Part shown: positions 1 to 8,758 of the stretch, in pieces
Layout: each line of letters opens with the position of its first letter
Position numbering within the stretch: the first letter of the stretch is position 1
NCBI GenBank assembly: GCA_040752415.1
Contig: JBFMGU010000117.1
Location: 1-33,040, forward strand
Length of the DNA: 33,040 nt
Source of the DNA: Myxococcota bacterium
Lineage (GTDB): Bacteria > Myxococcota > JACRCW01
Reading direction: 5' to 3'
Made by a program: the position numbers and the translations under genes
The notes under the pieces: model-generated
The model's input: only the letters and a program-made list of their open reading frames with translations
Told to the model about the DNA's origin: nothing
The model's database searches: none

Positions 1-2
1 CC

Positions 3-1487
3 ATGACCGCGGTTGAACTCTACGGACTGGCCCCAACCATCACGCTCTCCATCGTGGGTTGCCTTGCGCTCCTCCTCGAGGTGGCGGGCATTCCCATCGG
101 CGCCAAGCGCATCGGGCCGCGGGGACACATTGCATTCGTGACGGTGGTGGGGATTGCCATTGCCGCGGCGTTCGCGGCCGGGAGCTGGGAGGATGCCAAG
201 GCCGCGGGCACACCGCTCTTCAACGGCCAACTGCGACTGGACCGCTTTGGCCTGCTCATCTCCATGATGGCCTGCGCGGCGGCGCTCATCAGCGTCTGCC
301 TCTCGGTCCACTACATGCGCGCCCGTGACCTCGAGCGCGGCGAGGTGTTCGCCCTCATCTGCTTCTCCGCCGCCGGCATGTGCGTGCTGGCCATGGCCAC
401 GGATCTCCTCTCGCTCTTCGTCGGGTTGGAGGTGCTGAGCGTGGGCGTCTACAGCCTCACCGGCCTCGATCGGGAAAGCGGCAGAAGCGCGGAAGCGGCG
501 CTGAAGTACTTCATCAACGGCGCGTTCGCCTCGGCGGTGCTGCTGTTTGGCGCGGCCATGGCGTACGGTGCCACGGGCAACACCAGCCTGCAGTCGCTGG
601 GCGAGGCGGTGATGCGCGGCGGGAACACGCTGGCGCTGCTGGGCTTTGGCCTCGTCGCGGCAGGCTTGGCCTTCAAGGTGGCCACCATCCCGTTCCACGT
701 GTGGGTCCCGGACGTCTACGACGGTGCGCCCGCCCCGGTGACGGCGTTCATGAGCGCGGGCGTGAAGGCGGCGGCCTTTGCGGCGCTGCTGCGCCAGGTC
801 ATGACGCTGGCCCCCAACGGTGGCGCCGCGCCCACGGAGTGGGTGCAGATTGCGTGGATTGTCTGCGTGGGCACCATGACCGTGGGGAACCTGGCCGCGC
901 TGGCGCAGAAGCGCATCAAGCGCATGCTGGCGTACAGCTCCATTGCGCACGCGGGCTACGTCCTCGTCGGTGTGGTGACGGTGCTCTCAGGTCGTCCGCA
1001 GGCCGCGGCGCCGGTGGCGTACTACCTGCTCGCGTACACGTTCATGTCGCTGGGCAGCTTTGGCGTGGTGGCTTTCCTGGAGCGCAAGGAGGGGCGCGGC
1101 AACACGTTCGAGGAGTGGAGCGGCGCGGCGCGTCGGTATCCGGCGGCGGGCGTGGCCATGTGCATCTTCATGTTCGGCCTGGCGGGCATTCCGCCCACCG
1201 CGGGCTTCCTGGGCAAGTTCGTCCTGTTCCAGGAGGCGGTGCGCGCGGGCCTGGTGCCGCTGGCCATCATTGGCGTGCTCAACAGCCTCATCAGCGTCTA
1301 CTACTACCTGCGTGTCCTCGTGTTCATGTACATGAAGGAGCCCGACCGTGACCTCGCGGGGGCGGGTGGTCCGTGGCTCACCGTGGGCTTGGCCACGTCG
1401 GCGGCGCTGGTCATCATCCTGGGTGTCACGCCCGCGCGCTACCTGGACTACGCGCAGAGCGCGGTGGGCATCAGCGCCAAGAAGTAA
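3..1487 (+). CDS. nuoN: NADH-quinone oxidoreductase subunit N
   Basis: 494-aa very hydrophobic protein with NuoN motifs GLEVLSVGVY, SAEAALKYF, FKVATIPFHVWVPDVYDGAP, KRMLAYSSIAHAGY, GIPPTAGFLGK and ISVYYYLRV. Probably the last gene of a nuo operon. Confidence 0.95.
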   Translation: MTAVELYGLAPTITLSIVGCLALLLEVAGIPIGAKRIGPRGHIAFVTVVGIAIAAAFAAGSWEDAKAAGTPLFNGQLRLDRFGLLISMMACAAALISVCLSVHYMRARDLERGEVFALICFSAAGMCVLAMATDLLSLFVGLEVLSVGVYSLTGLDRESGRSAEAALKYFINGAFASAVLLFGAAMAYGATGNTSLQSLGEAVMRGGNTLALLGFGLVAAGLAFKVATIPFHVWVPDVYDGAPAPVTAFMSAGVKAAAFAALLRQVMTLAPNGGAAPTEWVQIAWIVCVGTMTVGNLAALAQKRIKRMLAYSSIAHAGYVLVGVVTVLSGRPQAAAPVAYYLLAYTFMSLGSFGVVAFLERKEGRGNTFEEWSGAARRYPAAGVAMCIFMFGLAGIPPTAGFLGKFVLFQEAVRAGLVPLAIIGVLNSLISVYYYLRVLVFMYMKEPDRDLAGAGGPWLTVGLATSAALVIILGVTPARYLDYAQSAVGISAKK

Positions 1488-1491
1488 CGCT

Positions 1492-1535
1492 CGTCAGAAG
1501 GCAGCCGCTGCGCCCCCTCGGGTGGTTGCCTCGAC
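1492..1535 (+). terminator. GC-rich hairpin just after the nuoN stop (possible 3'-end structure, no U-tract)
   Basis: AGGCAGCCGC pairs with GTGGTTGCCT (10 bp, 2 G-U pairs), flanked by CGTC/GACG. The wobble pairs form only on the + strand. Confidence 0.35.
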
Positions 1536-1634
1536 GCGTCTGCTCAGCACGGAACGTGGTTGGGTGGGGTTGGCGCGTGGCTCGTCGAGCGCGCTGTTGA
1601 AACCCGTCGGGCGCGGCCCACCCTTGCCCTGCCA

Positions 1635-1653
1635 CAAGGTGTAATACACCTTG
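1635..1653. repeat. Perfect 8-bp inverted repeat CAAGGTGT-AAT-ACACCTTG
   Basis: Read directly from the sequence; AT-richer than its surroundings and located in a convergent intergenic region. Confidence 0.8.
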
Positions 1654-1784
1654 GAGCCCGCGAGGACGCCCCGGCCTTCCGCGCGAAACCCGGACACGCC
1701 CTCCCAACAAATCCACCTCACGAACGGCGCCGGCGCGTCGAGGAAACCTCCCTTCGACGGTTCCCACGCGAACCAGCGGGTCGC

Positions 1785-2732
1785 TCAGCTGCGCAACGTC
1801 GCCGCGATCTCCTCGCCAATGCGACGCGCTTCCGCGACCTCCCCCGGCCCGAGCGTGACGGCTCCCACCGCGGGATGCCCGCCACCGCCGTACTTCTCGC
1901 AGATCTTGGCAAGGTCATGACGGCGCTTGTCCTGCGCCCACGGATTGGAGCCCACGGACACCTTGGCGCGGCGCTCACTGGCGGTCACGCCGACGCTGTA
2001 GTTGGCCTCCGGGTGCACGTAGTAGCCGATGAACTTGTTGAACCCGTCCATGGGCCATTCGGTCAGGTCGAAGTGCACCACGTGGTCCGCGTACCTGGCG
2101 CGCTGCCGGATGCGCTCGACGGTGCGCTGGTGGTCCTCCCACAGCGGCTTGAAGCGCTCCTGCACCATCTCGCTGCGCGCCACGTCCAGGCCCTTCGCGG
2201 CAAGCTGCGGGATGAGGGCGTCGCAGAAGGCGTCGTCGCTGGCCTCGATCACCGTCATCAGGCGCAGCGCGGGCTCCTTGAGCTCCACCGCCATCGCGGG
2301 GCTGTCAAAGCGGGCCGCGTCGATGATGTCCGCCCAGTGGATGAGCTCCTCCAGGTCGGGAAAGCGGTGCTGGAAGCGGTCGCGCACCGTGTCGGCGATG
2401 AGCTTGGTGCAGGAGGAGCAGTGCGGGTCAAAGAACTTCTTCCCGCTGCGGTCCGCCTCGAAGTGTGAGCGCTGCTCCGCCGTGTTGAACGCGCTCTGGT
2501 GATGGTCAAACCACCAGGTCAAGGCCGGGCTGGAGGTGTACTTGAAGTCGACGACAGCGTTCTCGTCGCCATCCAGCTCCTTCTCCCCGAGCACCAGGCC
2601 CTTCTGGTGGGCCAACGGGCGGTAGAGGATCTCCGCGTCCTTGTGGATCTTCTCCCGGTAGAAGCGCGTGAACAGCGCCGCCGAGGTGCAACCGTCGAAA
2701 CACCTGCCGTGATATCCAACCCGCACGCGCAT
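1785..2732 (-). CDS. DHH/DHHA1 family phosphoesterase (nanoRNase/pAp phosphatase-like)
   Basis: Start reassigned to ATG 2732 (MRVRVGYHGRCFDG). Motifs HxxCxDG, VVDF, WFDHH and C-terminal GGGHPAVGA. Confidence 0.88.
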   Translation of the reverse strand: MRVRVGYHGRCFDGCTSAALFTRFYREKIHKDAEILYRPLAHQKGLVLGEKELDGDENAVVDFKYTSSPALTWWFDHHQSAFNTAEQRSHFEADRSGKKFFDPHCSSCTKLIADTVRDRFQHRFPDLEELIHWADIIDAARFDSPAMAVELKEPALRLMTVIEASDDAFCDALIPQLAAKGLDVARSEMVQERFKPLWEDHQRTVERIRQRARYADHVVHFDLTEWPMDGFNKFIGYYVHPEANYSVGVTASERRAKVSVGSNPWAQDKRRHDLAKICEKYGGGGHPAVGAVTLGPGEVAEARRIGEEIAATLRS

Positions 2733-2907
2733 GACATTGGCCTTGCTGGCGGCGTGGTGCCGCTCGGAAAAAAGCGCGTGACCATAGGCAGGTCCGCGGC
2801 CCCCAGCAACGGCTCCAGGCTCCCATCCGCACATTGGCTGCGCGCCAACCGTTGACACGCATCCCAAAGAGCCCGTAGCCCGGGGTGTCTTCTTGCTGCG
2901 GGGCCCC

Positions 2908-5900
2908 ATGCTCATCCGTGTCGCGCCAATCCTGACTGCTTTTGCCCTCCTTGCTGCCTGCACCACGTCCAACCAGCAAGAGCCCGACGCGGGCGTTGGC
3001 GCGACTCCCGTCGTGGACTCTGGCCAGCCCCCGCCGCCATCCCGCTGCGCCGGCCTCCCCTGCGACGGCATCTGCGCCGCCGACCTGGCCCGCGGCGAGG
3101 CCTACTGCGCCGCTCGCTGCAACGCCGACAACCCCTGCACGGCCCCCGACACCACCTGCACCTGGCTCTCCGGCGAGACCGTGTGCCTCAAGCCCTATGA
3201 GCCCATCTTCGCCGACGGTGGCGCGTCCTCCAGCTCCTCCTCCAGCTCGAGCGGAGGAAGCACATCCTCGTCCAGCGGCGGGACGGACGCCGGGGCCCCG
3301 GACGCCGCCGTTTCCGACGCGGGCACGACGACGGATGCCGCGGTCCCGTCGGGAGACGGTGGGGTGCTGCCGGTCTCCCCGGTGGTGTGGCTGAGCAACC
3401 GGTGCAATCTCGGTCGCGTGGAGGTGAACACGGAGAAGGTGTGCACGGCCAACCTCACCGTCACCGTCGACGCGGAAGTGATCGACGCGCGCCTCTCCGC
3501 CAACAGCCCGCCCTCCCTGCGCCTGCTGGGCCGCGGCACCCTGCCGGCAACGTTGCAGCCCGGCACCACCGTGGCGCTCGCGGTCCACGCCAGTCCGTCG
3601 ACGCCAGGCTCCCTCGCCGGCGCCATCGAGGTGGTGACGGCTGGGGGCGCGGTGCGCTCGCTGCCCATTGAGGGAGACGCGGAGCTTCCCGCCGTGCCCA
3701 CGCAGCCCCGCGTGGTGGTCCGCGCCGACGGACAGGCGCTCGCCGCCGGCGCCAGCGCGCGACCCGAGGCCCAGGTGTACCTGGATGGCTCGCAGAGCCT
3801 GAACGAGCAGGGACAGCCCGCCACCACGTTCCAGTGGCGCATGGTGCAGATGCCCATGGGCGCGCCGGCCACGCTGGCCGCTCCCACGTCGAGACAGACG
3901 CGTGTGCTGCCGGTGTCCGGTCCCTCGCTTTCTCCCGGCACTTACGTGGTGGGGCTGCGCGTGGCTTCCACCGAGGGCTTCCCCGGTCCGGAGGAGCTGA
4001 CCACGTTCCACGTCGCCACCAGTGATGAGCTGGCCGTGGAGCTGACCTGGGACCAGAAGGACACCGACGTGGACCTTTTCGTCTTCCGCGGCGGTGAGCT
4101 GGATCCCAGCTTCAACACCGGCCCCGACGTGTGCGGCCCCGCCAACTGCACCGCCAACCAGGCCGCGCCGCGCTGGGACCCGAACAATCCGCCGCGCCAG
4201 GGCGGCAACCCCGTGCACCAGGGCAACGTGCGCGCGGGCTTCGGTCCGGAGCGCGTGGTCATCAGCGCGCCGCTCTCGGGCCAGTACGTCGTCGGGGCGC
4301 GCTACACCAACTCCTTCAACCGTGGCGTCTCCCACGCGCTGGTGCGCGTCTTCTGGCGCGGCCGTCTCATCAGCCAGGCCCGACGTGGGCTCACCGAGGG
4401 ACAGCAATGGGTGGCCCTGCGCCTCACCCTCCCCGACGGAGAAGCCGAGCTGGCTCCCGGACCCGCGCCCAGCTTCTGCACCCCGCGCTGCGGCGCGGCC
4501 GAGGTGTGCACCAACGGAGCCTGTGTCCCGCGCGCCGGCGTGACGCCGTGTGAATCCGACGGAGACTGCCCCGCGTTCAGCGCCTGCCTGACCGGACAGT
4601 GCCAGTCCATCCAGGAAGCGCCCCGCTGCATCACTGGTTGTCCGCAGGGCACGCACTGCCTGGGCGACACCATCTGCGTGGCCGATGGAGCCTGTTCCTC
4701 CGACGACGGCGGTCAGTCGTGCCTGGCGTGGGAGTGCAACGCGGTGAGCGGCGCATGCCAACCCGGCCTGCCGCCGGCGTGCATCCAGAACGCGTGCGAC
4801 GAGGCGCTGAGTTGCATGGAAGGCGTGTGCCGGGAGTGCGTCTCCGACGGGGACTGCGGACCCAACACCCTCTGCGACTCCCTCAGCGGTCGCTGCGTGG
4901 GCACCGGGTGCCTCACCGACGCGGAGTGCGGCAGCGGCCGCATCTGCGACCTGCGCCACGGCGGCTGCGTCCTCCCGGAATGCATCAATGACGTCGAGTG
5001 CCAGCCGGTGGACCCACGTCGCCGGTGCGATATCGACGCGCGGCGCTGCTTCCTCCCCGCCGCCACCTGCGCGGAGACGGAGGAGCCCAACAACGACGCC
5101 AGCAACGCCACCGTGGTGGACCCGGCCGGGCTCTCCGGTGAGTTGTGTCGAGGCGACGTGGACTACCTGCGCCTCAGCACCACCGCGGGACAGCTGCTGC
5201 GCGTCACCGTGGCCTGGTCGCCCTTTGACGGCAATGCCACGGAGGGCCTGCGGGCGGAGCTGCGCAGCGTCGACGGGCGCGTGCTGGCCAGCCAGGTACT
5301 CTCCGCTCTCACCGAGTCCGTCGAGCTGGCCGCGCTGACCGGCGGCGGTGGCGACGTGCTGCTCATCCTCGGCGGGTTCGCCACCGCGGTGGACCAGTGG
5401 AGCTACACGGTCAGCTACGCGCAGGAGCCGCTGCCCGCCTGCCTCACCGAGAACGGCGAGCCCAACGACGCGTACAACCAGGCCAGCGGCAGCCTCATCA
5501 CCCAGGGCACCACCACGCGTGACCTGTGCACGCCTGACGACGTGGATCACCACCTCCTGCTCCTGGACGGCAGCACCCTGGCGCGCGTGGAGCTGGCGTT
5601 CGATCCCGCGGAAGGAGCCATGGCGCTGACCCTGCTCGGGACGGAGGGCGTGGTGCTCAGCACGGTCACCGCGTCGTCGTCACCGCTGGTGCTGGACCAT
5701 GTCACGCAGGAGCCGGAGCAGCTGGTGGTGCGCGTGGAGCCCGCCGGTGGGTCCGGTTCCGCGGCGCCGCGGAGCTACACGCTGGACGTGTCCACGTCGT
5801 ACATCGCCAACTGCCTCGAGGACCTGCATGAGCCCAATGACCAGCAGACGGACGCGCGCACCGTCGAGCCCGCGCAGCTGCGCGGCGTGTTGTGCAGCGC

Positions 5901-6909
5901 GTCCGACAACGACTGGTTCCGCGTGGTGCTCGCCAATCCCGGGCCGCTGACGGTGCGCGTGGACTGGGATTTCCCGGAGGACGTCGTCGACGTGTACCTG
6001 CGCAATCCCGCCGGCCAGGTTGCCGCCGCCACGGGAGCCGCGCAGCCCGCCGTCATCCAGCTCAGCAACGCGCCGGCCAACACCTACTTCATCCACGTCA
6101 AGCCGCGCGCGCTCCCCGGCGCCACCACCTACCAGCCCCTGCTCTACACGCTCACCATCGACTCCCCCACCTCCTGCTCCGACGACGCCGCGGAGTCCGG
6201 CACCGGCGACGACACCCAGGGCAGCGCCACCTCCCTGCGCGACGTGGTGGGTCCGCCACTGTCCACGCAGCTCACCGGCAAGCTCTGTCCCTCCGACGAG
6301 GACTGGTTCCGCGTCACCGCCGCCGACGACGAGCAGCTGCGCTTCTCCCTTCAGGGCCTGGCCGGCACGACGGTGGAGCTGCGTGGTGAAGGCTCCGGCT
6401 CGCCGCTGGCCACGTTCACCGCGGGTGGCGCGGAGGTGGTGTGGCCGGTGCAGGTGCTGGCGGGGACGTACTTCCTGAAGGTCGCGGGACCCACGGGCGC
6501 ATACACGCTCCAGGTGGCGTTGGAGCCCGACCCGTGCGAGCTCCCCGTCGACGAGACCGAGCCCAATGACAACGCCGGGAGCGCGGAGCCGCTGCCGCTG
6601 GACACCGTGCGCAGCGCGCTCATCTGCCCGCTGGGTGACACGGACATGTTCCTGGTCTCGGTGGCCTCTGGAGGAACCGTCACCGCCACCGCCCAGTTCG
6701 ACGCCACCGAGGGTGACCTGGACCTGCGCCTGCTCGAGGGCGGCACGGAGATCGACGTCAACTCGGACGTGGAGACCGGGACCAGCGCAAGCACCAGCGT
6801 GCAAGGCTCCCCCGGCGCCGCGACGGACTGGTTGGTCGAAGTCACGCGCAAGGCGGGTGGCAACGTGGCATCCCAGACCTACACCCTCGCCGTGACCCAG
6901 ACTCCCTGA
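2908..6909 (+). CDS. Large modular Cys-rich lipoprotein: Ig-like domains, YfaP/DUF2135-like domain, Cys-rich repeats, five EPND/PPC-like repeats
   Basis: Lipobox LAAC after ATG 2908. Ser-rich/DAG linker; ELTWDQKDTDVDLFV...GPERVVI segment; CxxDxDC repeats; repeats of the form EPND...LC..DxDw/yF. Confidence 0.8.
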   Translation: MLIRVAPILTAFALLAACTTSNQQEPDAGVGATPVVDSGQPPPPSRCAGLPCDGICAADLARGEAYCAARCNADNPCTAPDTTCTWLSGETVCLKPYEPIFADGGASSSSSSSSSGGSTSSSSGGTDAGAPDAAVSDAGTTTDAAVPSGDGGVLPVSPVVWLSNRCNLGRVEVNTEKVCTANLTVTVDAEVIDARLSANSPPSLRLLGRGTLPATLQPGTTVALAVHASPSTPGSLAGAIEVVTAGGAVRSLPIEGDAELPAVPTQPRVVVRADGQALAAGASARPEAQVYLDGSQSLNEQGQPATTFQWRMVQMPMGAPATLAAPTSRQTRVLPVSGPSLSPGTYVVGLRVASTEGFPGPEELTTFHVATSDELAVELTWDQKDTDVDLFVFRGGELDPSFNTGPDVCGPANCTANQAAPRWDPNNPPRQGGNPVHQGNVRAGFGPERVVISAPLSGQYVVGARYTNSFNRGVSHALVRVFWRGRLISQARRGLTEGQQWVALRLTLPDGEAELAPGPAPSFCTPRCGAAEVCTNGACVPRAGVTPCESDGDCPAFSACLTGQCQSIQEAPRCITGCPQGTHCLGDTICVADGACSSDDGGQSCLAWECNAVSGACQPGLPPACIQNACDEALSCMEGVCRECVSDGDCGPNTLCDSLSGRCVGTGCLTDAECGSGRICDLRHGGCVLPECINDVECQPVDPRRRCDIDARRCFLPAATCAETEEPNNDASNATVVDPAGLSGELCRGDVDYLRLSTTAGQLLRVTVAWSPFDGNATEGLRAELRSVDGRVLASQVLSALTESVELAALTGGGGDVLLILGGFATAVDQWSYTVSYAQEPLPACLTENGEPNDAYNQASGSLITQGTTTRDLCTPDDVDHHLLLLDGSTLARVELAFDPAEGAMALTLLGTEGVVLSTVTASSSPLVLDHVTQEPEQLVVRVEPAGGSGSAAPRSYTLDVSTSYIANCLEDLHEPNDQQTDARTVEPAQLRGVLCSASDNDWFRVVLANPGPLTVRVDWDFPEDVVDVYLRNPAGQVAAATGAAQPAVIQLSNAPANTYFIHVKPRALPGATTYQPLLYTLTIDSPTSCSDDAAESGTGDDTQGSATSLRDVVGPPLSTQLTGKLCPSDEDWFRVTAADDEQLRFSLQGLAGTTVELRGEGSGSPLATFTAGGAEVVWPVQVLAGTYFLKVAGPTGAYTLQVALEPDPCELPVDETEPNDNAGSAEPLPLDTVRSALICPLGDTDMFLVSVASGGTVTATAQFDATEGDLDLRLLEGGTEIDVNSDVETGTSASTSVQGSPGAATDWLVEVTRKAGGNVASQTYTLAVTQTP

Positions 6910-6922
6910 CGCTGGCGCGAGG

Positions 6923-6955
6923 GCCACAGGATTTACGTGGCATGGGGCCTGTGGC
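6923..6955. repeat. Inverted repeat GCCACAGG-N17-CCTGTGGC between two lipoprotein genes
   Basis: Perfect 8-bp arms starting 13 nt after the stop at 6909. Could be an mRNA hairpin or an operator. Confidence 0.5.
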
Positions 6956-6999
6956 ACGCTCCGTGGCGCGGGTGGGGAACCTGACGTCGGGGAAGCGTG

Positions 7000-8652
7000 A
7001 TGGTGAGAAGCACAGGCGTGGGCGTGGTGGTGGCGGCTGGCGTCGTGCTGGCGCTGGGCTGCAACGTTCCCCCGTCGCGGTGTCAGGGCGACGCGGATTG
7101 CCTGGACACCAACCGCTGCGAGAAGGGCTACTGCCGCCCCCGCGTGCTCTCCACGCGCGACGCCGGCCCACCCCGCTGCGCCACCAACCAGGAATGCCTG
7201 GACCGCCACCCGGAAGCGCCATTCATCTGCCGCAAGTCCGACTCGCTGTGCGTCCCCCTCACCACCAGCGAGTGTGACGTGGTGCTGGGCGACAACGCCG
7301 AGATTGCCAACGACAACACCGTCTTCTTCGGCTCCATCCTGCCCATCCGCGGCGTCGACGAGAGCACCGGGCAACCGCTTCTCAACAGCGTGGAGCTCGC
7401 GCGGCAGGACTTCAAGCAGACCACCAGCGGGCTCCCCGCCGCCACGCCGGGCGGAACGCCGCGCCCCATCGTCTTCGTGGCCTGCAATGACGAGGACGCG
7501 CTGGGTGCCGCCGAGCATCTCTCCAACACGGTGCAGGTTCCCGCCATTGTCGGCCCCGCGTTCAGCGGCGTGACGCTTGACGTCGCCAACAACGTGACGG
7601 TGCCGGCGGGAACGCTGGTGTTGTCCCCTTCCGCCACCAGCCCCGCCATCACCGGCATCCAGGACAACGGGCTGGTGTGGCGCACCTCTCCGCCGGACAG
7701 CCTGCAGGCCGTGGCGGTCAACGCGCTGGCCAGTGTGTTCGAGCAGCAGGTGCGAACGCAGCTTGGCCTGGCGCAAGGGGACCAGATCAAGCTGGGACTT
7801 GCGTTCAAGGGCGACGGCTACGGACAGGGCCTGGCCAATGAGCTGTTCAACATCCTGCGCTTCAACGGACTCTCCGTCGCGGATAACGGCAATAACTACC
7901 GGCAGTACAACTACGGTGACCCCGACGACAACGACCCCGTCCCCAGCTACGACGAGAAGGCCACGCAGATCATCGGCTTCCAGCCGCACGTGATCCTGCT
8001 GATTGGCACCAATGAAGCCGTCACGGAGATGTTCACGCGCATTGAGAACAACTGGCCCAGCGGGCTGCCCTACCGCCCGCGCTACGTCCTCACCGACGGC
8101 GGAAAGATCCCGGAGATCATCCAGCTCACGGCCAACGACGCCACCGTGCGCAACCGCGTGCTGGGCACCGTGCCGGGCACCAAGAACGCCAACTACGACC
8201 GCTTCCGTCTCAACTTCACTTCCAACGAGAGCAGCCTGCCCTACCAGGGCACCGACCCCGACGTGTTCGGCACCGCCGGCGCCTACGACGCGCTGTACCT
8301 CCTCGCCTACGCCGCCGTGGCGGTGGGTGAGCCCGTCACCGGGCCGCGCCTCGTCGAGGGATTGAAGCGCATGGTGGGCGGCGGCACGGTGATCAACGCC
8401 GGCGCCGCGCAGATCAATGACGCGTTCACCGCCGTCGCCGCGGCGGATGGGCGCATTGATTTCAACGGCGCGTCCGGGCCGCTGGATTTCAACACCGACA
8501 CCGGTGAGGCCACCAGCGACATCCAGGTGTGGTGCGTCAGCGTCAGCTCCGGGTCCGGCGCGTTCGCCACCACGGACTACTACTACAACGCCGCCACGGG
8601 GCAGATGGCCGAGTACTCCGCCACGCCGGACGGCCTGCCCACGTGTCCCTGA
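7000..8652 (+). CDS. Lipoprotein with Cys-rich N-terminus fused to a type I periplasmic-binding (LivJ/K-like) domain
   Basis: Lipobox LALGC; two CxxDxDC-type modules; then IVGPAFSGVT, SPSATSPAIT, WRTSPPDSLQA, YGQGLA, AYDALYLLA and FNGASGPLDF. Start is GTG 6997 or ATG 7000. Confidence 0.85.
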   Translation: MVRSTGVGVVVAAGVVLALGCNVPPSRCQGDADCLDTNRCEKGYCRPRVLSTRDAGPPRCATNQECLDRHPEAPFICRKSDSLCVPLTTSECDVVLGDNAEIANDNTVFFGSILPIRGVDESTGQPLLNSVELARQDFKQTTSGLPAATPGGTPRPIVFVACNDEDALGAAEHLSNTVQVPAIVGPAFSGVTLDVANNVTVPAGTLVLSPSATSPAITGIQDNGLVWRTSPPDSLQAVAVNALASVFEQQVRTQLGLAQGDQIKLGLAFKGDGYGQGLANELFNILRFNGLSVADNGNNYRQYNYGDPDDNDPVPSYDEKATQIIGFQPHVILLIGTNEAVTEMFTRIENNWPSGLPYRPRYVLTDGGKIPEIIQLTANDATVRNRVLGTVPGTKNANYDRFRLNFTSNESSLPYQGTDPDVFGTAGAYDALYLLAYAAVAVGEPVTGPRLVEGLKRMVGGGTVINAGAAQINDAFTAVAAADGRIDFNGASGPLDFNTDTGEATSDIQVWCVSVSSGSGAFATTDYYYNAATGQMAEYSATPDGLPTCP

Positions 8653-8758
8653 TCCACGTCGTCACCAAGCGGGGGCGTGTGCGAAAGCATGGATTGTCCT
8701 TGATGGGAATCTGACGCGTGGTGCAAGTTCCACCGCCGCTACGGCAGGGAAAGGTCGC

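Noticed and set aside
6952..6966. sigma54 promoter TGGCACG...
   Set aside because: The -12 element reads GTGG and lacks the invariant GC.
2506..7989. Very long minus-strand ORFs (1015 aa and 769 aa)
   Set aside because: Antisense shadows of real high-GC3 genes, with no recognisable motifs. The same applies to 14172..16952 (+), 8543..10153 (-) and 23818..25593 (-).
8670..8720. GAAA-tetraloop hairpin (GTGC-GAAA-GCAT) before tldD as a c-di-GMP riboswitch
   Set aside because: Lacks the flanking GGCAAACC and GACGCAAAG consensus; the stem is only about 4 bp.
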